A stretch of DNA of 64,000 nucleotides. Origin: Penicillus capitatus (lineage: Eukaryota; Plantae; Chlorophyta). The notes below the pieces were generated by a model. The model ran no database searches and was not told where the DNA came from. It saw nothing but the letters and a program-made list of their open reading frames with translations. Below are positions 12,101-24,140 of this stretch, one piece after another. The stretch spans positions 867,197-931,196 of the forward strand of contig OZ287694.1 of NCBI GenBank assembly GCA_965649825.1, written 5' to 3'. The translations under genes were made by a program, and so were the position numbers. How positions within the stretch are numbered: the first letter of the stretch is position 1; the number at the start of each line of letters is the position of its first letter.

Positions 12101-12757
12101 TGTTTTGCCTGAACAGTCACGAGCGTTCTAAAGAGTCCCGAACGAAAGAAAGAGGGACGCACTTTGCGAGGCGTTTGCTGGAGTGACCGCGGTTCGGTGT
12201 CAGACATTGCGTTTTTTATACTGGTCAGTACGGTCGGTGACCTGAAGATGCCAAAGTATGCAACTTCTCTGACACGACGTGAACGGGAGCATTCGGAAAC
12301 GGTCGACCTCACTCCCATCGCTGAGCCTCGGTGTCACACCGTGTTACGTATCTTGGCATCGCGGTAATGAGATACCGGTCGGTCCGCCGACGCACCTCTC
12401 TATCAAGCGACGTCGCGTGACTCGACTTCCGTGACGGTGGAATTCTTGGCCGAATCGGCTCTGGCCGTCACGTCACGTTCTTGTAGGATGACGAAGTGGT
12501 CAAACACTGAACGCGGGACAGCGTGGATGCTGAAGCTGATGGTATGCAGAAGCTTAAAATCGAAAAGTAATTGGTCCAAGGGGAGTTTTAACAATCAAGC
12601 ACATCGTCTGTTATTCCTTTACATCTTCAAAATCCCTGCGCTCCAAGTTTAAGACAAAAATGCGTCTGCACGAGCCTGTGTCGTCCATTTGTTGGCCGGG
12701 CGGATCACCCACGATAGAATAGCGGGAATCCGCAAGGGACCGACCGACCTACCGAGT

Positions 12758-14134
12758 CTAGTTTGTCGGTTCGAGATCGCCAAAGGTCTCTCGGCTCATC
12801 TGTGTCACGTTCAGACTGCGGCGGCCGTGATTGGCCAGTCCTTGTCTTCCGTCCCTTCTCGAATCCATCGTCGATGAGAAGGATGCGGAATAGTGGTAGC
12901 TTGGAGAAGGAGAAGAAGAATACGACTGCGAAACAATTCTGCAGGCACACGTTTACTTAGAGGCCATGCGAGAGATGCGGCGGGGTACGGGTCAATGGAT
13001 AAGGGCTCTGTGCCAAGATCTTTGAGAACGATGCCTTTCGCCTCCACGCGGCTCTCCAGAAGCTGATATCGCTCGACGACGTGATCCAGTTGACGTTGCA
13101 TGCGATTGACGATGTTCTCTTCCTCCATTTCCATGGCACTCTCCAAACTCACTTTCTCACTCTTTAATTGATCCACTGCCTTGCTCAGAGCGTCGACCTA
13201 CATCCACAACACCTGTCACATCAAGTCGCTGTCACACTTTTGTGACATCTCACTTGACGTTGCATATCGATCTTCTCGAGCTGCAGCTTTCTCTTCTCCA
13301 CGTCAAGCTTTTCGGCCTGTGGGAACAGCGTCTTGCGAAAGAGAGATCTCGACGGGCACCGACTTGTTTTTGGAGCTTATTGACGATGTATTCCTGTTCG
13401 GCCTCCAACTGGTTTTCCAAATCCACTTTCTCATGTGTCAATTTTTTCTTTTCATTGTTCAAATGTTCCAACTGAAAAAACAGCAGTTGGGGAACATGTC
13501 ATGAGAGGGACGGGCGTACCTGCTTCTGGAGTTTGTTTACAATGTACTCCTGTTCAGCTTCTAGTTGGTTCTCGAGATCCACTTTCTCTTTGTTCAACTG
13601 CATTAACCGTATCAGCAATGGTCTGCCAGAAATGCGGGACGACCGACCTTTGTCAAACGCTTCTGGAGTGTATTCGTCAAAAACTCCTCCTCCTGCTCAA
13701 CCTATGACCGTCCACTCCATAAACGATGCCTCGTAGACACGGGGGATGGGATACTTCATTGGCTAGCGCTTGTTTTTCATTCTTGAGCTGCTCCAGTCGC
13801 TTGAGGAGCTTGTTGCTGATGTACTCTTCCTCTTGCTCCACTTTGGCTTGCTGGACGCCAATGACGCGTTTGTCAATGATGGACGTAAGTATGTATAGTA
13901 AGATATACCATGGCAAGATTGCGCTCGCGTGCCAAACGGAGCTCCGTTTCGAAAGTATCACCCCGTCGACGCTCTGCTGTTAACTGCCAGCCGCAGAGAA
14001 AACGATAGAGACCGCTATCCGCGGCACGAACGCGAATTTACTTTCTCACTAAGTTGGGCGATTGCCACGAGGAGCTCTTCTTTGCTGCAGTTCTCCCAGT
14101 TGACGGTCTCGGGATTGTCCGTCGGGGAAGCCAT
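12758..14134 (-). CDS. CCDC6: CCDC6/H4-like (DUF2046) coiled-coil protein, multi-exon
   Basis: Repeats VEQEEEYISNKLLKRL, EQEEEFLTNTLQKRL and LENQLEAEQEYIVNKLQKQ match the CCDC6 family. Inferred start MASPTDNPET at 14134 and stop TAG at 12758. Confidence 0.78.
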
Positions 14135-15247
14135 CAAGAAAATCGTAACGAAGTCGGTGGACAAAAAGGTCGATTGGGTGGAGCGGTGAAACCGTTCGAG
14201 GTTTATGCAACAAATGCACGTAGATGAGCTGTCCGATCGTCACAACGAACTCAGTACCTAACGACTCGACGTGGAAGGGACCCGCCCGCAACAGACCGCG
14301 ACGCGGAACGTCCATAACGCAATGCTGTCAGAGGTCATGAGAAACGACGACTGGTAACGCGTTTCGCATCCAGACACGGCAGTTCTTGGATCGGTGCGAG
14401 TTAACGTTGAGAGATAGTAACGTTTGTGTGATGACGTGTCGTCCTCGAGTCAAGCGAACACACAGAGGAATCGCCGGTGTCTAAAAGATTCTCCCTTTGC
14501 TTAACAGCTGTGCCATTTTGCTGTTGTCTTTCGATCTGCCCATGATACAGATCCCCGTCAGCGATATCATCCACAGAAGATGTCTAGCCATCAGCATACC
14601 ATAAGCAGAGGTGTTTACTCGCGATCTGCCGTTGGGAAACACAGTAACAAAGCCAGTCCTTAAAATCTGTTCGAACATACGAGATGAGAAAACACACATA
14701 GTGTTGCAGTCACATAACACCAACCCCTCATCTAGTAATGTACAGGTTCATCGATCTGAAGTTCCTGATGCTGCCAGACAGGCTACCATCAGATATCGAT
14801 AGGCCGTGAAGTATCTCGATCGTCATGTGCGGCGAGATCAATTCAGACGGCATTGTCCCACTCTGTTTTCACGGTATGAGTTATTCGACGTGGTCTTGGA
14901 AATGCGAGGCTTGTCCATCAGTCAGTCTTGCTGAAAATTCCAACCAGAGTCCGCGAGGAGGATGGTCGATAGACCCCCCGCTGATCTCTGTCAATCCATC
15001 GGCCTTCGTTCGTTCATCTAACCGATCACTTTTCTTGCATCCCGGATTTTGTGCTTTTCTATTGAGATTGTTCGCAAAAAAGAGATTCCAAGGTTCCCGA
15101 TCGAATCCCTCGGGCATTGTACGCATCATAGTCGTCGGACTCTACACTCTATGAAACGACAAGTCAACAAAAGATTGAATGCACTTGTCTACAAAAAGAG
15201 TGTATGGTCGAATACGGCAGCCATCTTATTAGATAGCAGGAAGTGGA

Positions 15248-18200
15248 TTAAACATCAGTTGATGCTCTGGAGTGTGATTGTGGATTGGAGACGCCAGTTT
15301 CTTGTCGTTTCTGACACAAAAGACTCAAAGAATCAGTTATGCTTGCTAAGCCATAGGCTGCTAGGACACGACACATTCCCCCTTCTTGTGCTTCCCTTAC
15401 CCCCTCTTCCTTAAGTACTGCTCTCACATAAATCTCCGCCGTCTTAAGGGTCTTGTGTAGAAAAAAGAGAAACAGGCCAGTGATGGCCAAAGACAATGAA
15501 ATAGTGAGCAGCACTTTGGAAGTGTTGGATGTTCGCTCATCGCTGAAAAGAAGACCAGCGGCAAAAGTGAGCTGCGAAACGATCAACGATGCCGTTTCGT
15601 AAGAGTTCAGGGCGTCAAATTCCTTCTTGTATGGCTGACAAGAAAAATGCGCATAGGTGGCACATGTCAGCACGGAGAGAGCGAGAATTCCTTGAATGTT
15701 GGCACCCAGTGGATAACAGAAAACGATAATCGTTGCCAGAACTGCCTTGCGGAACATGATGATGGACTCCCAGAAGACAAAGCGCTCTTTGTAGGCTCGA
15801 TAGAGAAAACTCGTTGCATCGGAGAACCACAGGATCTTGTCAGCTTCCAAAGCACGCTGTTTAATCAGAGCGTAGACCAAAGCAATGGGCAGTCCAGCAG
15901 AGATGATGATAACGACAGGCCAACCGACCGTGGTGGCCAGAACCGCGTGCGAGCCTTCGTAGCATTTGAGAGATGTGTCCACTGCCCAGTAACGGTCTAT
16001 CCTGTCGACGTCGACCTCTACAGAATCGTGGACGTCAATGCAATAGAGGGCATTGACTGCTGTCCGGGTGATGGAGACGTAGGTCAGGTAGGCCACGACC
16101 AGAAAACTCAGCAGTGCTCTCCTGGCAAAGTACCACACATTTTCATCGAGTGTCCACATCAGCGTCAGCCAAAAGGCAATGTAGAACATCAGAACGGCAA
16201 CAGGAACCAGCAGATAGATCACTGTTCGAATGATGGACCGAGCTGGTTCCTGTTCTGCACTGAAGAAACAGTCGATGGAGAGCACGATGCCCTCAGATGC
16301 GGCTCCACTCACAAAATCTGCCAATCGCATACACCGTAGACACCGGATCACGTCATATCACGTCTTACCTGCTGCCGAGAGCAACGAAAGCATCCACGTG
16401 TTCCAGTCTGCATTGATGGTCGCAGCGGATGCCACAATTTGGAGAAAGTTGACCGTGATCTGACAGTCCAAGAGAGCGGTCAACAATGCAAGACAGGGTA
16501 TGCAGAGATGGCGCACTTTGAAGATCTCGACGATGTGGTTCTTGGCCAGTACTGGATCGTCTTTCATTCTCTTTTGGAGAGCGGCGGACATGATCAGGTC
16601 TGGATGGACGATCTCTGGCGGTACGTATCCACTCTGTAGCATTTCCACCATCTGAAAATCGACCGGAACATCCGTCACATGCTGTTCGGCTTGCACAATT
16701 GGAATCCGATTCCTTCGGCTGACTCTCGAAGCCGTGGAGGGTGTCACACGTTTTCTGGGAAGATTGCTTCGAATGGCAAAGCACGAAAGACCGAACAGCA
16801 CAATCAGAGAGAGCACGAAGAGTCCAGCTGCGGCGAAATCGCTGTAACACTTGCCGCAATTGAAGGCAAGTGAGCGTCCATATCCCGATTCACACGATCC
16901 ACAGAGAACACCCGTATATCCCTAGGCCATATCACTCCATCCATAGATATGTGGACGCCAGTCAATAGAGATCACTTTTTTGCACTGTGCTTCGGTGTAT
17001 GCCGTGTCCAGCGTCTCATTGTAATCACAGCTGTCCACATCCTGCGTTGCCGCCACCAGATCCGCCTCACGCTCAGCGAAGCCGCAAGCCTCTTTCGAGA
17101 GACACTGTTGCATGTACTGCGAACACGGGATTCGGTGCCAGTATCCCTTGTCCGGGTGGATGACATTGGTCGTGCAGTTTCCATGTTCCGGACAAGGCAC
17201 GCAGGCAGAGTGATTGGATTTGAAATTGTACTGCGATCCACTGCATTGCACACAGAGCGTGCCGTTCTCCTGGACAAACTCGCCAATCCGACAGCTCCGA
17301 ACTTCGACTTCAATCAGGAGAGCTGGCAGTCCAGGTTCGCTGAAATTGATATGAATCTCGTAGACTCCTGGATGCTGGAGATTTGAAATCGCTGGAAACG
17401 GTTTAGGCTGCTCGTCTAGGGGCACCGTCAGTTCTCCAGAAATGAACCGATCCGGAGACGAGATGGTTGCCAGAATGACTGCATCTTCTCTGCCAAGGGA
17501 CAGGTTCTGGCCAAATCCATCCACAACGTCAACGAAAAGCGGCGGAAGGGGATCTCCACTTCTGTGATTGCGAACAACGACTCGATGATCTTTGAAACGT
17601 ATCTCTTCGTTTGGACTCTCTGGGTTCTCGATGAATGCCCGAGTGGACTGGGCATAGGACGCAAGAATCGGACCGTAGCGATGGGCATCGTTTGATTCCC
17701 AATCGGAACACGCTTCGCGATTTGGATGGAAGGTGTCGAGTTTCTGGAAGGTCTTGTTCGAGTGCAGCTCTGGTGGGACGCTTGTCTTTTTGCTGCCACA
17801 TGAGTAGCGCAAGATATTGGCATCTTGCACAAAGATGCCGCCACCTGCAACGTCGGCGCTGTTTCTCAAGAGACCGCAGCCAGTTACGGCGACGAATGTG
17901 CACGAAGCATTGGTTCGGGAACAGCTTCTCGGTCCGTATCCAGTAGACACATGGACAGCACCTGCAAACGTGGGTATTCAGAATGGATGATCGCAAATGG
18001 TTAAACGCACCTCCTAGATCAGCTCTGTTGTAATTGAATGCACATTCGTTCAGCTGCAGTGCCAGATTCTGCGGCACGTCCGATTCGAAGGCGATGCCGC
18101 CGCCATGTTCTCCAGCGACATTGTCGCTGAACGAAGAGCTGGACGACAGGAATCTCGATGATCTGTCTGCGAAGACGCCGCCGCCTTTAGCTTCAGCGTG

Positions 18201-21200
18201 GCACGCCGAGATCCACAGTTCAGAAGATGTCATACTCGATCCAGAAAGTGTTATTCCGCCTCCCGTCCTCGCCGCACAGCTCTTGACGAACACATCGATC
18301 AAGGCTGCTGAACTGTTCTGCATCAAGGCCATCGACCCTCCAGATTGTGTGGCCTCGTCGTGCAAAAAGCTGGCGTTGTCCACTTGCAGATTTGAATGCG
18401 CGAGCAACAACGAACCACCAATGGATGCTTTGTTTTTCGAGAAGGTGCTCTGACTCACGTTCGCGACTGAATTCTCCGAATGGACTCCACCTCCAGCTAC
18501 AGTCGCCAGATTGTGATGCATTTCGCTGAGACGGATCGTCACACTGCTGTTCACACGGCCAAAGATGCCAGCTCCGTATCTGGATCTACTGCCGTTAATG
18601 ATCGATTCTGCGATTGTCAAGACACTCATCTGGTCTCCAAACAACGCTCCCCCTTGGTCACCCGCGGAGTTATTCTGAAAAGTGACGTCTCTTGCACTGA
18701 ATGTGGAGCCATGACTGTAAATGCCTCCACCGAGGATGCCTGCACGGTTGGATAAAACTGTGGAGTTCTCGAGCACAACGTTTGCTCTTTGGTAGACACT
18801 CAGTCCTGCTCCATTGCTTGCCATGTTCGATTCAATGCTGCAGCGTTGCATGAAAACAGTCGAGTTGTCTATGTGCATCGCGCCGCCAATACGTGCCGTG
18901 TTGTTGCGGAGATCCGAGCGTAAAATATTGCACTCGATCACACCCTGAAGACTAATCCCTCCACCAGATCCGGGTGATTCGCAACGGTTGCCTCGGAGTG
19001 TCAGATTTCGGGCCAGGATCGGACCACAGAGGATGGCATCCATTGCTCCACCAGAGTTGATGGCTGCGTTTGAAATGAAGCGCGAATTGGTGATACTCAT
19101 GTTGCCCTGATGACAGGCAAGACCGCCACCTCGACTCGTGTGGGCGAAGTTCTGTGCGAACGTCACATTTTGTATGACGGTCTCTGAAGTCAAGACATCG
19201 ATGCCGCCGCCACGGTGACCTCGATTCTGTATCACCATACAGTTTCTGAGGCGCATCCGTGCTTTCGAAGAGGCAACCGCGCCACCTACGGTATCTGCAG
19301 AGTTGTCTGAGAAAAGGTCTTCTTCAGAGTCGACCGTTCCGTCCTCGAATGAGAATCCAGCTCCAGAGTTTGCTCGGTTAGATATGTAGAGCGATGCTTG
19401 TGACGTGATGTTTGATGATTCTGAAGAGAATCCACCTCCTTTCCTTTTTGCTGTGTTGTTTGTCCATCTGACCTCTTGGATGACAGCACTTTTCTGTTCA
19501 ATGAATTGTGCGCCGCCGCCGTTTTCTGTGACGGTGTTGTTGTAAAAGACAGATTCTTTGATAACAAGTTCTCCGGATCTGGATGACTGCAAGCATCCAC
19601 CGTTTCCAGACGTGTTGTTGCCACAATCTATGTGGGAAAGACTCGTCCGATCAACTTCCACGAGATATAGTGCCCCTCCAAACGTGGACGCGCTGTTATT
19701 CTCAAGAACAGAGAACCGCATGTTTAGGACATTCTTCTCAATAAAAATGGCTCCTCCGCGATCGCTGGCCACGTTGCTTCGAAATGAGCAGCGGCGGATT
19801 CTCAGGTCGGTATTCGTAGAAGCGACGGCTCCGCCGCTTTCCGCAGCGTTGGACTCGAAGCTGCAGTTAGAGAGAGCGAGCCTCTCAGTGGCATTGGACA
19901 GAATTGCCGCTCCTGACAGGACGGCATCGTTGCGGCGGAAGGCGCTGTCGGCGATGCGGACCCTTGAAGAGCGGTTGAGCACGATCGCCGAAGCTCCTCT
20001 ATTTCCTTCAAACTCGGCCTCCGTGATCTCCATCTCGCCGTTGTCGACTCGAATCGACGAGAGTCCATTCCCCCTCGAGGCGAGACCGGAGACAGAGGAG
20101 TTGGACTCCGGCGGCATCAACATCAACGACTGAGGCGCGTCTCCCGGAGACAGTCGGACGTTTCTCTCCAGCACCACTCGGCGCAGCGTGTTCCTGGAGG
20201 AGAGGCTCCCGAAGCAGCCGTCCCCGCACACGTTGTCCGAGAAGTCAACGTCCACCATCTCGATGGCGGAGCACGCCCTTCGGTCCACCGAGATACCGCG
20301 CGCTCCATCCAGAGAGTTGTTGCGGAAGGTCACATGGTGCAGCCGAACGGTTCCCTCCGTCGCGTCGGGACCGCACCCGCCCACCTGAACAATCGATCTG
20401 TCTTCTCTTTTCAGAGAGCACCTCTGGAAGACGATGTTCGCGATCGTCACGTCCTGCGACCTGCAGACAGATCAGCCTGTCTTCCACGAAAGCCAGTGAG
20501 CGGCAAGGACTCGCCTGATGAAGAAGATGTCCTGCTTCTTCGGACACCTGAATGTCGCCTTGGCTGCCCGTGGGGATACGCCGTCTTCCAGTTCTGTATT
20601 CTCGTCTGAAGACGCAGTCAGTGTCAGGTTCCACGAAATGACGACTGTCGTCGCCGGACGAATCACGTCGTTGCTCCTGATTCGAATGACATCCTTCTCT
20701 TGCGTGCAGTTAACAACGGCACCAAAGTCGATTCTCATGTTCCTCAAGGTCTCGCTGCTCACTGTCCATATCCTCGTGCCGCTGTTCAAAAACTCTGATA
20801 TCTCATTCTCCACGAGCTGACATAATGAATCTACTCAAACAGTGTTGCTCAATCAAGCTTGCTACTCGTTGGTTGTTTATGGTTACCTTGGCTACTTTGA
20901 TTGCTATCTGTCTGCTGTAACACATGGCGAGATCTTCTTTCCGCCTACCAAAAAACGCTCCTTGCTCGTTGTCGAAATTTCACGCAGCGAAAGGATAGTC
21001 TTTACTCACCTTGTCGGGCTTATCGTCGAATTTTCCTCTTCCCCATTCGATAGCCCGCGGCACGGACCAGCTGAGCTCTCCTACACAGCACAAGGTAGTT
21101 CATGCTTTCTTCGCACTCAGGATATCTATCGCGCAGTCGGCATCTTAATGTCGACTGTGAAGACTGTCGCTGAGAGGAAGGACATCAATTGTGACAGTGT

Positions 21201-21378
21201 GCCCTCCAACGAGCGTCGCGACACTTAGAGCTAGCTACACGCGTTTGGCAAACAGGGATGTACCTGACGACGTTTCCGAGTTTGGTCGTCGAGCAACGTC
21301 TTTTTCGTCAAATGCCGTAACGGTCTTTATGGAGACCAACAGCAAGAGTCCCAACAGAATGGGAGCGCTGGCGTGCAT
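15248..21378 (-). CDS. Receptor-like protein copy 1 (head type I): signal peptide, Pmp-like beta-helix, Cys-rich stalk, multipass TM domain
   Basis: Signal peptide MHASAPILLGLLLLVSIKTVTA; many GG(A/G)[ILV]/FxxN repeats in ORF 17529-20450; Cys-rich CRIGEF..CVQCSGSQYNF..CVPCP..GYWH..C and GYTGVLCGSC; about 8-9 hydrophobic segments with FWESIIMFRK and CQPY motifs. Ends STDV-TAA. N-terminal micro-exons not fully resolved. Confidence 0.85.
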
Positions 21379-22978
21379 GGAAGAAATATTTCGCGAATCA
21401 ATTATACAGTTGAGAACGCGATAACAGCTGTTCTTTATATCTCCACAGCGGTTAACGAACTTAACATCTGCAAGGTGTCCCCAACGACGTTCTTCGGAGA
21501 ATACGCCCCGCACCTGCAGCCGCGCTTCCTCGGCAAAACGCCCAAATAGATTCGACTAAAAGCGCTTCGATACGATGCCGCTGCGAGCAGCGATAGAGAG
21601 AACAGAGGAGCTGTGGGTGACGCACGACGTCTTGGCTTGCAACGCAGAAGAACGGCCGACAGGTGGAATTGTTGACGTTTTCGTGCCGTATTGTCTAAGA
21701 TTTCACTTTGCAGGGAGATGCGTTCGTATCGGTGATACGGAGAATTAATGACGAACAGTACTTCCGCCTTCCCTCGAAAGCTGTTCTTTTGTGTGCTCAG
21801 CATCGAGCAAAATGGCCGAGGTCTGTCGACCGGGAGCTCAAGAGCGGGTACCAGATCTACATACATAGATCGCGTGTGTTGTCCTGTCCGCAATCCGCTG
21901 AACCTCCACGTTGAGAGATGACAGACTGCCTGTCGTGAGAGACACCCTCGTTGGGGTTGGTATTACTGAAGACAGAAAGACATCTCGACGCGTTTTCTTA
22001 CGATGTGCGATGGAGACAGCACTAGGACTGCAGTTCTGCTGTGCAGCCAGTTGTTTTGGACATTGTGAAAAGGGAAGTCGCTGTAACTCAGATAGCGACA
22101 AGTTAAACTCCAACAGCATTCATCCCAACTTGTTTGCATTGGGATCGCGCTTCTGGTGGAGAGTTTTCAAAATCCTGAACCAAGAACTGGCATAAATCCA
22201 TTAAGCCACAGTAATCGGCTGAGATGGATGGAATGCAGTAATGAAACCGCGTGGACATTGTCACTCCAAGAACCCGTCCATCCAGAAGAACAGGATAGGA
22301 GCGTATGTCTATTCGCTTGCCACACAGGCAATGTCATCAGACACAGTTTCTGCAAATAATGCTCATCACGACATCCGTATCGTCTGGATAGAGAACGAGA
22401 CACCCCGGGTGCATCGTTCTTGTTCGTCCAGAGTTAACATCTGTCGCGTTTTGGACCATCTGTTTCTGAATCTGTCAGATCAGGCGGTGATGAAAAAGTA
22501 CAAGCCATTTGTGGATCCTTCATTTCCAAATATCGATGGCTCCTCATCCCTTGCCGCTCTTTACGGCAATCATCAGTTCAGATCTCATTCTCCCGAATCA
22601 GGATGCACGAGGGATGATCTGGTTTTGATATTGTCTGCAGAAATGACAGATAAAAGACGTTAGTTACATACACTCTTCTGCTATTTGCAGAAGCGTGCGT
22701 GCTTGTTGGGAGCATTTATTTAATACAAATCCCCGACCGCTTCAACATATCCCATCATATAACGAAGGCAGTCTCATTCAAGGGAAGCGGCGTATTGTGT
22801 GCTTTCCCACCCAATCCACAAAACGAGTAAACGATCGAGATGACATAAACGACCCCAAAGGGCAGTCTATGTCATATGCAAGATTACCAATGGCGTTGGT
22901 GCAGACACAAAGAAAAAAAGTCCGTCGAGAGACAACGTCTCCAATGCGTGGAGTGGCCATTTGGAAGAAATAGCTGCT

Positions 22979-23791
22979 TTAGAGCGATGTTGTTGCGTTT
23001 TCATTGGCAGGCATGGAACCCACTGCATCCGGTTCATTCAGTTCGAATCTCTGAAGCGAAGCACCAGGAGGCAATTGTCCGATGGACACACCGGGTGGTA
23101 TCTCTTCGAAGAAAATACCTTCTGGAGTCACTTCAAACGGAACTCCGGCCTCGATCAAAGCCCGTGCAACGACGAGTGCTTCTGTATCGCCGGTGGTAGA
23201 ACCGACCACCACTCCCTGAGTCGTCGGCAACGTCATGACCGGGCTCGGTGATGCAACCGGACTTGGTGATGCAGCAGCGACCGGGCTCGGTGATGCAACC
23301 GGACTTGGTGATGCAGCAGCGACCGGGCTCGGTGACGCACGCACGGTCGGTGACACAGCATCTGAAGTAGCAGTGGTCAATGCCGACCCTGAGATCGAAG
23401 CTGTGGCTCCGGCGCCATCACTCGAAGCGGTCGATCCGAGAGATAATGCAGGCGAGGATGGCATTTCCACGAAGATGCCTGTGATAAAGAAGCCAAAGTG
23501 GTGATCCAAAAGTCGCCGCTCGGTCATCTGGAAGACCATCGCTCGGCTGGCTTTGGACATCTCTGGCGTGAGGGTTTCCTCGTGCAACACGCGTGAAGCT
23601 GCACAGAAGCTAGCGACCATCGCCGACGAAATCTGCCGAAGACGATGACTTACTCGCAAGAGAGATAAGACTGTGCAGAACGACCTACAAGCACAGCCAG
23701 CCATCAACGAGGTGCGATTTTGCATGCCCTTAGGCATGACGAGAAAACGCACGAGGATGCAGATGCGTTTTCTGTTCGTCCGGCTCGACAT
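22979..23791 (-). CDS. Small secreted preproprotein A (type I) with Ser-Pro repeat linker
   Basis: Model MSSRTNRKRICIL|VVLHSLISLAT|SRVLHEE with 68-nt (phase 0) and 55-nt (phase 1) introns around a 31-nt micro-exon. Contains RRLLDHHFGFF and C-terminal ALIEAGVPFEVTPEGIFFEEIPPGVSIGQLPPG. Confidence 0.8.
   Translation of the reverse strand: MSSRTNRKRICILVRFLVMPKGMQNRTSLMAGCACRSFCTVLSLLRVSHRLRQISSAMVASFCAASRVLHEETLTPEMSKASRAMVFQMTERRLLDHHFGFFITGIFVEMPSSPALSLGSTASSDGAGATASISGSALTTATSDAVSPTVRASPSPVAAASPSPVASPSPVAAASPSPVASPSPVMTLPTTQGVVVGSTTGDTEALVVARALIEAGVPFEVTPEGIFFEEIPPGVSIGQLPPGASLQRFELNEPDAVGSMPANENATTSL
23238..23335. repeat. 42-bp coding tandem repeat (about 2.3 copies) encoding SPSPVA/SPSPVAAA
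   Basis: accgggctcggtgatgcaaccggacttggtgatgcagcagcg occurs exactly at 23238 and 23280, partially at 23322. Confidence 0.9.
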
Positions 23792-24140
23792 CTATCTCCG
23801 TTTGCAGGAAGAAGCTAATGCTCTTTGCCACGAACTCGGAGTTCTATTTCGCTGCGCGGGCGGACTCTCGTCTTTAGATGAAGAGGCCTGATCGATTCTG
23901 AATTTATTTCATCAAAATGACGTCATGGATGATTCCATCCGCTGGACGCAAGACATCCTCCGCGGATTTGGCATCCTCAGCGTAGCTACGCCACCACGTG
24001 TGCCAACGGTAAGAAACGCGGCGTTAATCATAAGCATTAAAATTCGGCTATGGACAAAGCAAAAAGACGTTTGTTGAATTGCCAATGACAATCATCACTT
24101 CATCTCTAGCGTTTCACGCAAAACATCGACACAAGGTGCT

